A stretch of DNA of 64,000 nucleotides from Dehalococcoidia bacterium (GCA_022451925.1 JAKUNL010000001.1:73814-137813), one strand, 5' to 3'; positions 1 through 9,463 are shown, counted from the first letter of the stretch. The notes: a model not told the origin generated them from the letters alone. Numbers and translations are program-made.

Positions 1-299
1 TCGCCAACTTTGAGCAACGGACGTCGCACTAGTTTAGGTTCCTGCAGCATCAGATTAACCATCGCATCATCAGATAGCTCTTTATCTGCTAGACCCATTT
101 TCTTCAAACTGGGACTCCGACGAGCAAATATATTCTCCGTGCCCACCATGGTGGCTAGGGTACGAATCTCATTGTCAGTAAATGTCTCTTGGAAGAAATC
201 TCTTTCAGTTACTTCCAATCCGTTCTGCAAGAGTAACTCTCTCGCTTTACGGCAGGTTGATCAACGAGGCCACCAATAAAATTCAACGGTCTGGCTCAA
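1..299 (-). CDS. ArsC/Spx-family thiol oxidoreductase, selenocysteine (UxxC) candidate; C-terminus cut by the window edge
   Basis: Not a single ORF in the track. The minus frame reads M(TTG 297..299)SQTVEFYWWPR-[TGA 261..263]-STCRKARELLQNGLEVTERDFFQETFTDNEIRTLATMVGTENIFARRSPSLKKMGLADKELSDDAMVNLMLQEPKLVRRPLLKVG. There is no other stop down to position 1. GGAGG lies 5 nt upstream of the TTG, and an in-frame ATG at 312..314 is the alternative start. The TGA aligns with the first Cys of the N-terminal CxxC(R/K)KA motif of ArsC/Spx/YffB proteins. Confidence 0.6.
207..238 (-). promoter_or_regulatory. Stem-loop downstream of the in-frame UGA (SECIS candidate)
   Basis: Perfect 7-bp stem AGUUACU / AGUAACU (232..238 pairs with 207..213) with an 18-nt loop, starting 22 nt after the TGA at 261..263. 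Confidence 0.35.
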
Positions 300-399
300 C
301 TTGGCCTCCAACATGGCTGTAGTTTATTGAAATATTTCATCTAATTCCAGGACCGCCGGTTCATCTTATACCCGAAATAGTCTTATGAAAAGTGCAGTT

Positions 400-3015
400 T
401 CAGTCGCCTTCCAATGCCTGTTTTTGCAGTTCATACAGCTTATTTATTGCCTGGAGAGGCGTGATATTCGGAATATCCAATTCCTTAAGTAATGCCTGCA
501 ATCTACCGCCGTCGTTAAACAACGCTATCTGTTGTGCCGGTTCTCCCTTTAATCGTCCGGCTGATTTCCGATTAGAACCAATATCTCCGTTGGTCTCGGA
601 TTCCAGGGCCGCAAGCACCTCCCAAGCTCGACTAATCACGCCCTGGGGCAACCCAGCCAATTGGGCGACGTGGACACCGTAACTCTTATCCGTCCCTCCC
701 TGGACTATTTTATGCAGGAACACTACGCTGTCCCCGTCTTCGGTAACCGCCACACTACAGTTACGTACACCAGGTAAATTGGCCGAAAGTTGGGTCAATT
801 CATGATAATGGGTGGCGAACAGGGTCTTACAACCAAGTCTTGGATCATTATGGATATGCTCTATGACCGAACGGGCAATGGCGAGGCCGTCATAAGTGCT
901 GGTACCTCGACCTATCTCATCAAGTATCACCAGTGACCGGGGTGTAGCCTGGTTAAGTATAGCAGCGGTCTCAACCATCTCTACCATGAATGTAGATTGT
1001 CCGGTCGCTAGATCGTCCTGTAACCCCACTCTGGTGAATATGCGGTCAACCAACCCTATAGTGGCCTCAGACGCTGGAACAAAGGAGCCAATCTGGGCCA
1101 TTAAAGTGATAATTGCCACCTGACGAATGTAAGTGGATTTGCCCGCCATATTAGGTCCAGTCAGTACCATCACACGAGTCTCTTCATTGGAGAGTTCAAC
1201 ATCGTTCGGCACGTATGTACCGGTATCCAATACGCGTTCCACAACCGGATGACGACCATTCACAACATGAATTGTATTCTCTTGATTCAATTTTGGCCTG
1301 ATGTAACCACTCTCAACCGCGGTGTCAGCAAGACTTGAGAAAACATCCAATCTAGCGATCCCATCAGCGATACTGCTAATGGAACTGGCGGATTCTGCTA
1401 ACTGGGCGCAAATCCTGAAATAGACGGATTTCTCTACTTCTTCCAACCGTTCCCTGGCGTTCAACACTAGAGCCTCGTACTCTTTCAATTCAGGCACTAT
1501 GTACCGTTCGGCATTGGTCAGAGTCTGGCGACGTATGTAATCATCAGGAACCTTATCGATATTGACCTTGCTGACCTCGATATAATACCCAAAGACCTGG
1601 TTATAACCGACCTTGAGGCCTTTGACGCCAGTGCGGTCCCTCTCACGTTGTTCTAGTCCTGCGATGTATTTCCGGGCGTTAATAGAGGCATTTTTGAGGT
1701 CGTCTACCTCCGGTGCAAATCCTGGTTTGATGACGTTCCCATCACCAATCGCGCCTACCGGGTCTGGGGCAATCGAATCTTCAATCAATGAGCAGGTCTC
1801 AGGCATAGGTCGCAGTTGGGTTTTCAGCCAGTCCAGATCTGAAGAGTCGATTAGTGCGAGGAGTGTCGGCACCGAAGACAATCCGTCTTTCAGGGCGATG
1901 AGTTCTCTAGGATTGACCATACCGGAGACTATCTTACCCACGATGCGCTCAAGGTCGGAAACCTTACTCAGCGCCGAGATGACATTTGTCCGTTTAAGGC
2001 CATCTACATAAAAATGATCCACCGCGTCCAGGCGTTCTTCCAATTTCTCCAAGTCGAGTAAAGGTTGGCCGAGCCACTGACGCAGTAAACGGCCGCCCAT
2101 AGGAGTCTTGGTACGGTCTAGAGCTGTTAGTAGCGAAAGCTCTTTGCTGTCAGTCCGGCCAGCAGAAAATAACTCCAAATTTCGGCGCGTCTGGGCATCC
2201 AAGGCCATGAAGCTGCCTGTGGCATAGATTGACAGGTTTTTCAATTGGAGTTTGGCTGATTTTTGCGTCCTGGTTAAATAATCAACGATAGCCCCTGCAG
2301 CTGCGATAACTAAATCCATCCCTTCACAGCCGAAAGACTCCAACGTCAAGATACCGAAATGTGACAACAACGCCCGACGAGCTTCTTCCAAATGAAAAGT
2401 TCTGGATTCCACAGGCGTGACTTCGTAATTACGTCCAACTATGTTGCTTCTGGACTCCGCCCAATCGGGTAGGTCATCAAAGTTAGAAACCAAGACTTCA
2501 GCGGCCTCGATACGTTCCAACTCCAAGGGCAACTCATCTAAAGATAGCTCAGTGGCTACAAATTCACCAGTAGAGATGTCCACATATGCTAGGCCGGCTC
2601 GTTCGCCTGAATCTGAAACGGCAGCCAAGAAGTTATTAGTTTTATGATCTAGGAGGGCCGATTCCACTACGGTACCCGGAGTAACAATCCTCACTACATC
2701 GCGGTCAACAAGACCTTTGGAAGTTATTGGGTCAGAGATTTGTTCGCAGATAGCGACCTTGTGGCCTTTCTTAATAAGTCGAGCAAGGTATGAATCCAAG
2801 GAATGGGCAGGTACGCCGGCAAGTGGAACCTTCAAGTCTTTGCCCATGCTTCTGGAGGTGAGAGTAATCTCGAGCTCCTTAGCGAAGAGCACAGCATCAT
2901 CATCAAATGTTTCATAAAAGTCACCCATCCGGAACATCAGAATCGAATCAGGATGAGCGTTTTTGATATTGAGATATTGGCGGCGAATCGGAGTCAACTG
3001 CCCAACCCTTCCCAA
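400..3015 (-). CDS. mutS: DNA mismatch repair protein MutS
   Basis: 871-aa ORF with FRMGDFYETF mismatch-binding motif, Walker A GPNMAGKST and DEIGRGTSTYDG. TTG start. Confidence 0.95.
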   Translation of the reverse strand: MGRVGQLTPIRRQYLNIKNAHPDSILMFRMGDFYETFDDDAVLFAKELEITLTSRSMGKDLKVPLAGVPAHSLDSYLARLIKKGHKVAICEQISDPITSKGLVDRDVVRIVTPGTVVESALLDHKTNNFLAAVSDSGERAGLAYVDISTGEFVATELSLDELPLELERIEAAEVLVSNFDDLPDWAESRSNIVGRNYEVTPVESRTFHLEEARRALLSHFGILTLESFGCEGMDLVIAAAGAIVDYLTRTQKSAKLQLKNLSIYATGSFMALDAQTRRNLELFSAGRTDSKELSLLTALDRTKTPMGGRLLRQWLGQPLLDLEKLEERLDAVDHFYVDGLKRTNVISALSKVSDLERIVGKIVSGMVNPRELIALKDGLSSVPTLLALIDSSDLDWLKTQLRPMPETCSLIEDSIAPDPVGAIGDGNVIKPGFAPEVDDLKNASINARKYIAGLEQRERDRTGVKGLKVGYNQVFGYYIEVSKVNIDKVPDDYIRRQTLTNAERYIVPELKEYEALVLNARERLEEVEKSVYFRICAQLAESASSISSIADGIARLDVFSSLADTAVESGYIRPKLNQENTIHVVNGRHPVVERVLDTGTYVPNDVELSNEETRVMVLTGPNMAGKSTYIRQVAIITLMAQIGSFVPASEATIGLVDRIFTRVGLQDDLATGQSTFMVEMVETAAILNQATPRSLVILDEIGRGTSTYDGLAIARSVIEHIHNDPRLGCKTLFATHYHELTQLSANLPGVRNCSVAVTEDGDSVVFLHKIVQGGTDKSYGVHVAQLAGLPQGVISRAWEVLAALESETNGDIGSNRKSAGRLKGEPAQQIALFNDGGRLQALLKELDIPNITPLQAINKLYELQKQALEGD

Positions 3016-3083
3016 ATAATTACAACAGATCGTCTACATCGGCCATTCTACTACCAATGTCACGTCTTGGGAGCTCTCACAAG

Positions 3084-3109
3084 GGCAACGAATAGTAATA
3101 TTCGTTGCC
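3084..3109 (-). terminator. Perfect 11-bp hairpin with GUAA loop between the FNR-like gene and mutS (no U tract)
   Basis: ggcaacgaata-gtaa-tattcgttgcc. It lies 31 nt downstream of the stop of the 3140..3913 gene on the minus strand. Confidence 0.4.
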
Positions 3110-3139
3110 TGCTGTCAGGTAGGAAATTTGATTAGATCC

Positions 3140-3913
3140 CTACGGAGCCCAGAAGCGCTCTTCAGCAAAATTCCATCCTTTGGACGGCAATTTTGCTTTC
3201 ACGTCTTCAATCATACCCGGGTGACCGCAAGCGTAAACCTTAGTGTCATCCTTGGGAAGATTAAATCTGGAAAGGTACTCCTCTACAATGTTGTTAACTC
3301 GACCGGTAACACCCTTCCATTCAGAATTTTGGGATTCGCTGGGCCGGCTTATAGTGGGAACGAATTTAACAATACTTGGGTGTCTCTCTGCCAACTCATT
3401 AAGTTCCAAATCATAAGTGAACTCGTCAACGTAGCTAGCGCCGTACATGACGTAAAAGACGTGTTCTTCTTGATTTACTCCATTTTTCAAGTCATGTAGG
3501 TATTGCCTAACCATGCTGATGGAAGGAGCAACACCGGTCACAGTGGAAATCATGAAGTGGTGATGAGCCTTGTTGTCTCGAACAAATAATCCCTTGGCTC
3601 GGGGTCGGATAGACATACTGTCACCGATTTTCAAGGCAAACATCTTGGGAGTCAGCTCGCCGTCGGGCACCAATTCCACAAAGATCTCGAGGTATTTCTC
3701 ATAGGGAGCTGATGCGATAGAGTAGGCCCGTTCAATATTGCCAAGTCCAAGCGTGCAATACTGTCCGGGTTTGAAGTCAAATTTTTTGGAAATCTCCAAC
3801 TTGATAACCATCAAGTCTTCGCAAGACTGTCGGCGTTCCACCAATGTCGCCAAGGGAAATTCAGGGTTGGGTGATAAATCTGGAGCGCCAGACTCCGCGG
3901 ATGCCTCTACCAT
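3140..3913 (-). CDS. Ferredoxin-NADP(+) reductase-like FAD/NAD(P)-binding oxidoreductase
   Basis: RAYSIAS (RxYS FAD motif), GVAPSISM (GTGxAP-like) and YACGHPGMIEDV (CGPxxM-like). Start moved to the ATG at 3913 (GGAG-N5-ATG). The track GTG at 3946 has no SD. Confidence 0.8.
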   Translation of the reverse strand: MVEASAESGAPDLSPNPEFPLATLVERRQSCEDLMVIKLEISKKFDFKPGQYCTLGLGNIERAYSIASAPYEKYLEIFVELVPDGELTPKMFALKIGDSMSIRPRAKGLFVRDNKAHHHFMISTVTGVAPSISMVRQYLHDLKNGVNQEEHVFYVMYGASYVDEFTYDLELNELAERHPSIVKFVPTISRPSESQNSEWKGVTGRVNNIVEEYLSRFNLPKDDTKVYACGHPGMIEDVKAKLPSKGWNFAEERFWAP

Positions 3914-3963
3914 ACGTACTCCTCGGCGGCTTTGTTTACTAGTCACTGATTATTGAGAATTGA

Positions 3964-6786
3964 CTAATCGACCTTATTAACCCGAGCTCTACGGATATCT
4001 AGTCCTGGGACTTTGGTTGCAGGTTCCATTTCCTCGGAACTCTGCAGGTCCACAGCCAACTGACCAAAAAGCGAAGTTGAAGCAACGACACCTACCGGAA
4101 CTGCTTCATTGATGCGAGCCATACCGGAAAGTCGTCCAATGGGCATTTCCACCACCACCTTGCCACCGTCTTCTATAGACATCGCAAAGGCGTCGGTCGG
4201 ATTCAGTTCGACAAATTCATCCCGTTGTATGGTGTTGGCGCGGCCTTTGACGATTTTGATATCCCGTTCTTGCTGTAAGAGAACACGGCCCGGAACGAAC
4301 CAAAGCGGGAAATCAGTGTCAAAGCCACCTTCAACCTCGGCAAAATCTGGGGTGATAGGTTCTGCCTTACGGGATTTAAACCCGTCTTCAAAAAGAATCG
4401 GAGTGCCGAACCCGTCTTTATCCACTGGCCACTGGAGTCCTCGATCTTCTCTACTGGCGTAGAGCATCTGGGTCGGCTGCGGACTCTTCAAGTCCGTCTT
4501 GAAGACCAATCCACCTTGGTTGGCCAGGGTCCGATATGAGACGTTAGTATATATCGGCGCCACGCGAGCTATTTCATCCATTATTTCAGAAGATGAACTC
4601 AGTAAAAATCCTGGAGCTCCCATCTTGCGAGCTACCTCACAGATTACCCGTCCCTCTGACCTGGCGCCTTCCTCAAGGAGTTCACGACCGGGTGTCAGGC
4701 GTTGTATCCGACGTTCCAAGTTTGTGAAGGTCCCATCTTTTTCGGCAAAAGTAGCTCTAGGCAGAACCACATCAGCTCGTTGGGCGGTAGCGCTTAAAAA
4801 AGTATCGCAGACAACTAAGAATTCAAGGTTGTCCAATGCAGCCAGTCCGTCACCCAATTTTCCGTTACTAAAATTCGCACTGTCTCCGATTAAAAACAGT
4901 GACTTCACCTCACCCGCTGCTGCCGCTTCCACAATCTTGGCAAGACCCAAACCAGGCATCTCGGGTATTGATGTATCCCACAGAAGCTCAAGGGCCTCGC
5001 GATCTTCCATATTGGAGACTCGGCGGTATCCAGGCAAGCGATCAGGAACACAACCGACGTCTGATGCCCCTTGTTCATTAGCCCCAGGCCGCATCGGATA
5101 GATTCCTGCGCCTGGTTTACCTAAATTCCCAGTGACCAAAACAAGGTTTACCAAGGACAGGACGCAATCTCTAGACTGCGATTGTTGGATATTATCTAGG
5201 GCATAGACTAGGGCGCTGGCCCCAGCTTCACCGTATAGCCTTGCAGCAAGCATGATATCGGATATGCTCACCTGGGTCACCCGGGATATATACCCTAGGT
5301 CCAAGGAGGAGAGTGTGTATATTAGTGTGGCCGGGCTTTCACAATTCTCAGTCAGCCAATCGCCTTCCTGGAATCCTTGTTCAACCACCGACTTTAACAA
5401 CCCTCCCAACAATAGCAGTTCGGTACCAGGCGTCGGCCTCAGCCAAACGTGGGCGTAGCGAGTCAGCTCAACCTCCCTAGAATCTATGACTACAAGCTTG
5501 GTACTCTTCCGTGCTGCCCGCTTGATGGGCACTCCTACCACGTTGTGCTCTTCTGTGACATTGCTGTTGAAGACCAAGATGCAGTCCGCCTGCTCCAGAT
5601 CCCAGATGGGGTTGGTTGACCCGGCGTAACCCAGAGATTGTTCTAACGCCAGTGTCAGTCCTGGTTGAGTGTTAGAAGTCTGGTCTACGTTGTTGGACTT
5701 CATCGCAGTCCTAGTGAATTTCTGCGCTAAATAGTGTTCCTCATTGGTGCTATTGGGTGAAGTTAAAAATGCAAATGATTCACCTGAGTAATCAGCGAGT
5801 TTGGTAGCAACCACATCCAAGGCTTCATTCCAGCTGACTTCAACCAGATGACCGTCCCGGCGAACCAAGGGTGTCTGAATCCGCGTTTTGTCATTGACGA
5901 ACTGAAGGCCAAATTTCCCTTTGAAACAAGCCTGTCCGTGGTTAGCCGGAGAATTCAATTCCGGTACGGCTCGAATCAAGATACCGTCTCCGTCGTATTC
6001 CACGTTCATCTGGCAGCCCACCGGGCAGAGAGGGCAAATAGTCCGTTCAACCTTCCGAGGTTTGTCCCATTTATGGTCTCTCTCCACTAATGCACCTACG
6101 GGGCAAACATCGATGCAAGCACCGCAAAACTCGCAACCAGATTCCAATAAAGAAGTGCCAAAAGACGTTCCTACTAGAGTTTGTCCACTTCGCTCCACCA
6201 ACCCTATAGCGTCGTCGCCTCTTAGTTCTTCACAGGCACGAACACAACGAGCGCAGACGATGCAGAGGTTATAGTCGCGATCATAAAACGGGTCGGCAAC
6301 TTCCAGTGGAATTTGCCGATATTTGTAGTTCAGCGGAGATTCCAGATTCATACCCAGATAACGCACGGTATCTTTGAGCTCACAGCGTTCGTTCTTGGGA
6401 CAAGTGACACAGCGGTCATTTACTGACACGTGACGCAGGCAGATGTCGGTAGGTCCGCAAATATCTACGCGATGGCAGGTGAGGCAACCGTTAGGGTGCT
6501 CAGCAATGAGCATCTCCATTACCGACTTCCTAAGGTCGTTGACCTCACCCGATTCGGTCTGGACCTTCATACCATCGGCGGCGGGTAGGGTGCAGGAGGC
6601 GGGAAATCCTCGTTGGCCTTCAACGCTGACAACACACATGCGACAAGCGCCATATGACTTCATGCCAGGGTGGTAACATAGATATGGAACGTAGATTCCA
6701 GCGTCGATAGCCGCTTCTAGGACCATCTTGCCTTGAGTGGTTTTGACCTCTTGGCCATCAAATGTGATTGTGATTTCGTCAGCCAT
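3964..6786 (-). CDS. NuoG / formate-dehydrogenase-alpha-like Fe-S molybdopterin-fold subunit (catalytic Cys/Sec absent)
   Basis: 940 aa with an N-terminal 2Fe-2S motif (CYHP..CRMC), HPNGCLTCHRVDIC (His-ligated 4Fe-4S), CIVCARCVRAC and CEFCGACIDVCP ferredoxin motifs, and CPLCPVGC at the start of the MopB domain. The segment NNVDQTSNTQPG replaces the NNVDxCARV(C/U)H active-site segment. Confidence 0.85.
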   Translation of the reverse strand: MADEITITFDGQEVKTTQGKMVLEAAIDAGIYVPYLCYHPGMKSYGACRMCVVSVEGQRGFPASCTLPAADGMKVQTESGEVNDLRKSVMEMLIAEHPNGCLTCHRVDICGPTDICLRHVSVNDRCVTCPKNERCELKDTVRYLGMNLESPLNYKYRQIPLEVADPFYDRDYNLCIVCARCVRACEELRGDDAIGLVERSGQTLVGTSFGTSLLESGCEFCGACIDVCPVGALVERDHKWDKPRKVERTICPLCPVGCQMNVEYDGDGILIRAVPELNSPANHGQACFKGKFGLQFVNDKTRIQTPLVRRDGHLVEVSWNEALDVVATKLADYSGESFAFLTSPNSTNEEHYLAQKFTRTAMKSNNVDQTSNTQPGLTLALEQSLGYAGSTNPIWDLEQADCILVFNSNVTEEHNVVGVPIKRAARKSTKLVVIDSREVELTRYAHVWLRPTPGTELLLLGGLLKSVVEQGFQEGDWLTENCESPATLIYTLSSLDLGYISRVTQVSISDIMLAARLYGEAGASALVYALDNIQQSQSRDCVLSLVNLVLVTGNLGKPGAGIYPMRPGANEQGASDVGCVPDRLPGYRRVSNMEDREALELLWDTSIPEMPGLGLAKIVEAAAAGEVKSLFLIGDSANFSNGKLGDGLAALDNLEFLVVCDTFLSATAQRADVVLPRATFAEKDGTFTNLERRIQRLTPGRELLEEGARSEGRVICEVARKMGAPGFLLSSSSEIMDEIARVAPIYTNVSYRTLANQGGLVFKTDLKSPQPTQMLYASREDRGLQWPVDKDGFGTPILFEDGFKSRKAEPITPDFAEVEGGFDTDFPLWFVPGRVLLQQERDIKIVKGRANTIQRDEFVELNPTDAFAMSIEDGGKVVVEMPIGRLSGMARINEAVPVGVVASTSLFGQLAVDLQSSEEMEPATKVPGLDIRRARVNKVD

Positions 6787-6850
6787 TCGGCAGCCTCAAT
6801 GTCTCATCAACGCCGGAGTCGTTCCTGAGATCGTAGAAATTCAGATTTGG

Positions 6851-8578
6851 TTAGCGGCGGGAGGCCGCTGGGGAGTATCTAGAGTCTAAACAGGTACCGG
6901 TAGGACAGGAATGATCGTTGATGTGGGTATCGAATTCAGGCCCAAAATATCTAAGGGCAGAAGATACAGGGTTGAAACCCAATTGACCGTGCCCGCACAG
7001 GGACCCGGCCTGCATATTCACTCCAATATTCTGCATCAAAGCCAAGTCTTCCGGTGTGCCTTCCAATCGACAAAGACGCTCCAAAACCTCTAGAAGATGG
7101 CTCATACCCATCCGGCAGGGAAAGCACTTGCCGCAAGACTCGTACTGGCAGAAAGCAATGAGAGATCGTGTCAGGTCAACGATACAGGTGCTATCGTCAG
7201 CTGCTATCAATCCTCCTGACCCAACAATGGCGCCAGCGGCGCGCAATACTTCAAAATCCAGAAGCACGTCTATGTTGTCTGCTCCAAGCACGCCTCCCAA
7301 CGGGCCTCCCGTCTGGAGGAATTTAAGCACTTTGCCGTCTTTCATCCCCCCTGCGACGTCGTAGATCACATCCTTCAGGTTCATTCCTAACGGCACTTCA
7401 ATCATGCCTGTATATTTCAGGTTACCTGAAAGGCAGAGAATGACAGTGCCAGTACTTGTATCGTGGCCGATATTAGAGAACCACTCTCCTCCCTTGGATA
7501 CGATCTCTGGAACGTAGGATAGAGTTTTTACGTTGTTGATGTTAGTAGGTTTACCAAACAGTCCGAATTGCGCGGGAAATGGAGGTCGGAACCTCGGCAT
7601 TGACCGCTTGCCTTCGATTGCTTCCATCAACGCTGACTCTTCACCAGCCACGTAAGAATCCCCGGTGAGTGCAATCTCAATTTCGTAGCTGAAATCCGAC
7701 CCCATGATATTCTCGCCTAGAAAACCCAACTCGCGGGCTTGATTTATAGCGGCGCGGCACCGTTCGATAGGACCGTCGTGGCCATGACGAATAAAAATAT
7801 ATCCCTTATTGGCTCCAGTTGCGTAACCTGCGATGATCACCCCTTCTACTAGGGTATTGGGATCACTCTCCAAAATATTCTTATCGTTGAATGCGCCTGG
7901 GTCGCCCTCCTCACAGTTGCAGAGTACGTATTTGTCTGCAGCAGCGTTTCCAGCTAAAAAGCTCCATTTGGTAGCGGTTGGGAAAGCAGCCCCCCCGCGG
8001 CCTCTTAGTCCTGAAGCCTTGACCTCTTCCAAGGTTTCTTCACGATTGAGCTCAGTCAAAGATTTATATAAAGCCTGATAGCCACCGTTGGCGATGTACT
8101 GGTAAATGTCTAGCGGGTCTATGTTACCAGCGTTCCTAAGGGCAATGCGGTTCTCACGGGCTTTCATGGAATGTTGTTTGAGGTCTGGTATCCCCTCTGG
8201 GGGCGGCGCTAGACTGGTCTCTTCGGCAAGGTAGCCTAAGGCTTTCGAGACGATTGGAGTACCACCGGCAACATGAACCGATACGATTTCACTCACACTT
8301 TCGGCATCAACATTGCCATAGAACACACGATGCCCGCCTGGAAGCTGCACATCCAGAAGCGGTTCGGCGAAGCATAGACCCAAGCAACCAACCCGGCTAA
8401 CCTCAGCAGATACACTCTGATCAGCTAGGGCCATCTCCAAAGCGTCTGCCACCTCAAATGCCCCTGCAGCCTCACCACATAGAGCAGTCCCAATACGGAT
8501 CCAAGGCCGTTGACCTGCGGTTAGCTCCTGCCAGCGACTGTCGGCTTCCAGTCCAATTTCTACGAAGCTAAGGACCAT
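6851..8578 (-). CDS. NuoF/HoxF-like NAD(H)-binding FMN, 4Fe-4S subunit with N-terminal thioredoxin-like 2Fe-2S domain
   Basis: 575 aa with GRGGAAFPTATKW (NADH/FMN site) and ESCGKCFPCRMG (N3 cluster). It overlaps the upstream gene by 11 nt. Confidence 0.9.
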   Translation of the reverse strand: MVLSFVEIGLEADSRWQELTAGQRPWIRIGTALCGEAAGAFEVADALEMALADQSVSAEVSRVGCLGLCFAEPLLDVQLPGGHRVFYGNVDAESVSEIVSVHVAGGTPIVSKALGYLAEETSLAPPPEGIPDLKQHSMKARENRIALRNAGNIDPLDIYQYIANGGYQALYKSLTELNREETLEEVKASGLRGRGGAAFPTATKWSFLAGNAAADKYVLCNCEEGDPGAFNDKNILESDPNTLVEGVIIAGYATGANKGYIFIRHGHDGPIERCRAAINQARELGFLGENIMGSDFSYEIEIALTGDSYVAGEESALMEAIEGKRSMPRFRPPFPAQFGLFGKPTNINNVKTLSYVPEIVSKGGEWFSNIGHDTSTGTVILCLSGNLKYTGMIEVPLGMNLKDVIYDVAGGMKDGKVLKFLQTGGPLGGVLGADNIDVLLDFEVLRAAGAIVGSGGLIAADDSTCIVDLTRSLIAFCQYESCGKCFPCRMGMSHLLEVLERLCRLEGTPEDLALMQNIGVNMQAGSLCGHGQLGFNPVSSALRYFGPEFDTHINDHSCPTGTCLDSRYSPAASRR

Positions 8579-9047
8579 GACCGTCGCGTTCCAGCAGCCG
8601 GGATACGTTCTCTGCGGCAGACTCAGGGTTGACCCGGCCGGCCAAATGATGGTCCAAAGCCATCACAGGAGCCTGAGAGCAAGCTCCAAGGCAGGAGTTG
8701 AATTTCACCGTCAATCTCTTGTCCAAAGTGTCGCCTTCACTATCGAGACCTGCAACTTCTAGCACCGATTTAAAGATACTCATAGCGCCCACTAAGTGGC
8801 AGGACGCCCCCCAACAAACGTCAACTGTATGTTCTGCCGGAGGTTCGAAGCGAAAATTCGGGTAGAAAGACGCAACAGCCCAGACATCATTTATAGTGGC
8901 ATTGGAAAATCCAGCCACGAATTCGACAGCCTCTTTAGGGATGTACCCCAATTCATCTTCCACAGCAAGCAGAGATGAAAGCACCGTGACGGTCGGTTGA
9001 GTTTGACCGCGAACCGCATCCTGTATCCGTTGTTCTAGCCCACTCAT
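8568..9047 (-). CDS. NuoE-like 2Fe-2S subunit
   Basis: 159 aa with CWGASC ... CLGAC cysteine pattern. AGGAG lies 8 nt upstream of the ATG. Confidence 0.9.
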   Translation of the reverse strand: MSGLEQRIQDAVRGQTQPTVTVLSSLLAVEDELGYIPKEAVEFVAGFSNATINDVWAVASFYPNFRFEPPAEHTVDVCWGASCHLVGAMSIFKSVLEVAGLDSEGDTLDKRLTVKFNSCLGACSQAPVMALDHHLAGRVNPESAAENVSRLLERDGHGP

Positions 9048-9405
9048 GGTTTGGGCTCCTGATCGATTGGACTTGGGAAGGTTTCTAGTGAACCTATAAT
9101 CACACTTGCTTTACAGGCTCCCAAAATGCGTATAGATAGTTCGTGAAATCAGTAACAATCGTTACCAAAATCGTACCACACGCCTGCTAGTGATTCAACA
9201 AGAGTTGGTGTCACAGATTTTTGATTGCAATAGTTCTAGAAACAATTTCATAGGTTGATATGTTGCTATACACCTCACCGTCTCAACCCTGAGTTCCTTT
9301 CCAAGACCGTCGTGACTACCATCAAGCAATTCATCCCACGATTTGAACAGACTTGCTTAATAAAGCTTTGGATAGTAAACAACCGAATTATTAAAAGTAA
9401 CTAAA

Positions 9406-9452
9406 AATGGGGCGAGAGAATCCCGCCCCATTTTTAGTTACTCTCGGTTACC
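9406..9452 (-). terminator. Rho-independent (bidirectional) terminator, perfect 19-bp inverted repeat
   Basis: agtaactaaaaatggggcg-(9 nt loop)-cgccccatttttagttact. GC core flanked by A/T runs, 12 nt downstream of the stop at 9464. Confidence 0.7.
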
Positions 9453-9463
9453 AATGTGGTTGT

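Noticed and set aside
10-279. 89-aa plus-strand ORF at the left edge
   Set aside because: It is antisense to the much better supported ArsC-like reading frame, has Ser/Arg/Leu-rich shadow-frame composition, and has no SD.
3964-6786. Calling this gene a bona fide NAD-dependent formate dehydrogenase alpha subunit
   Set aside because: By hand alignment the Cys/Sec-His active-site pair is absent (NNVDQTSNTQPG). It is annotated as a NuoG/FdhA-like scaffold instead.
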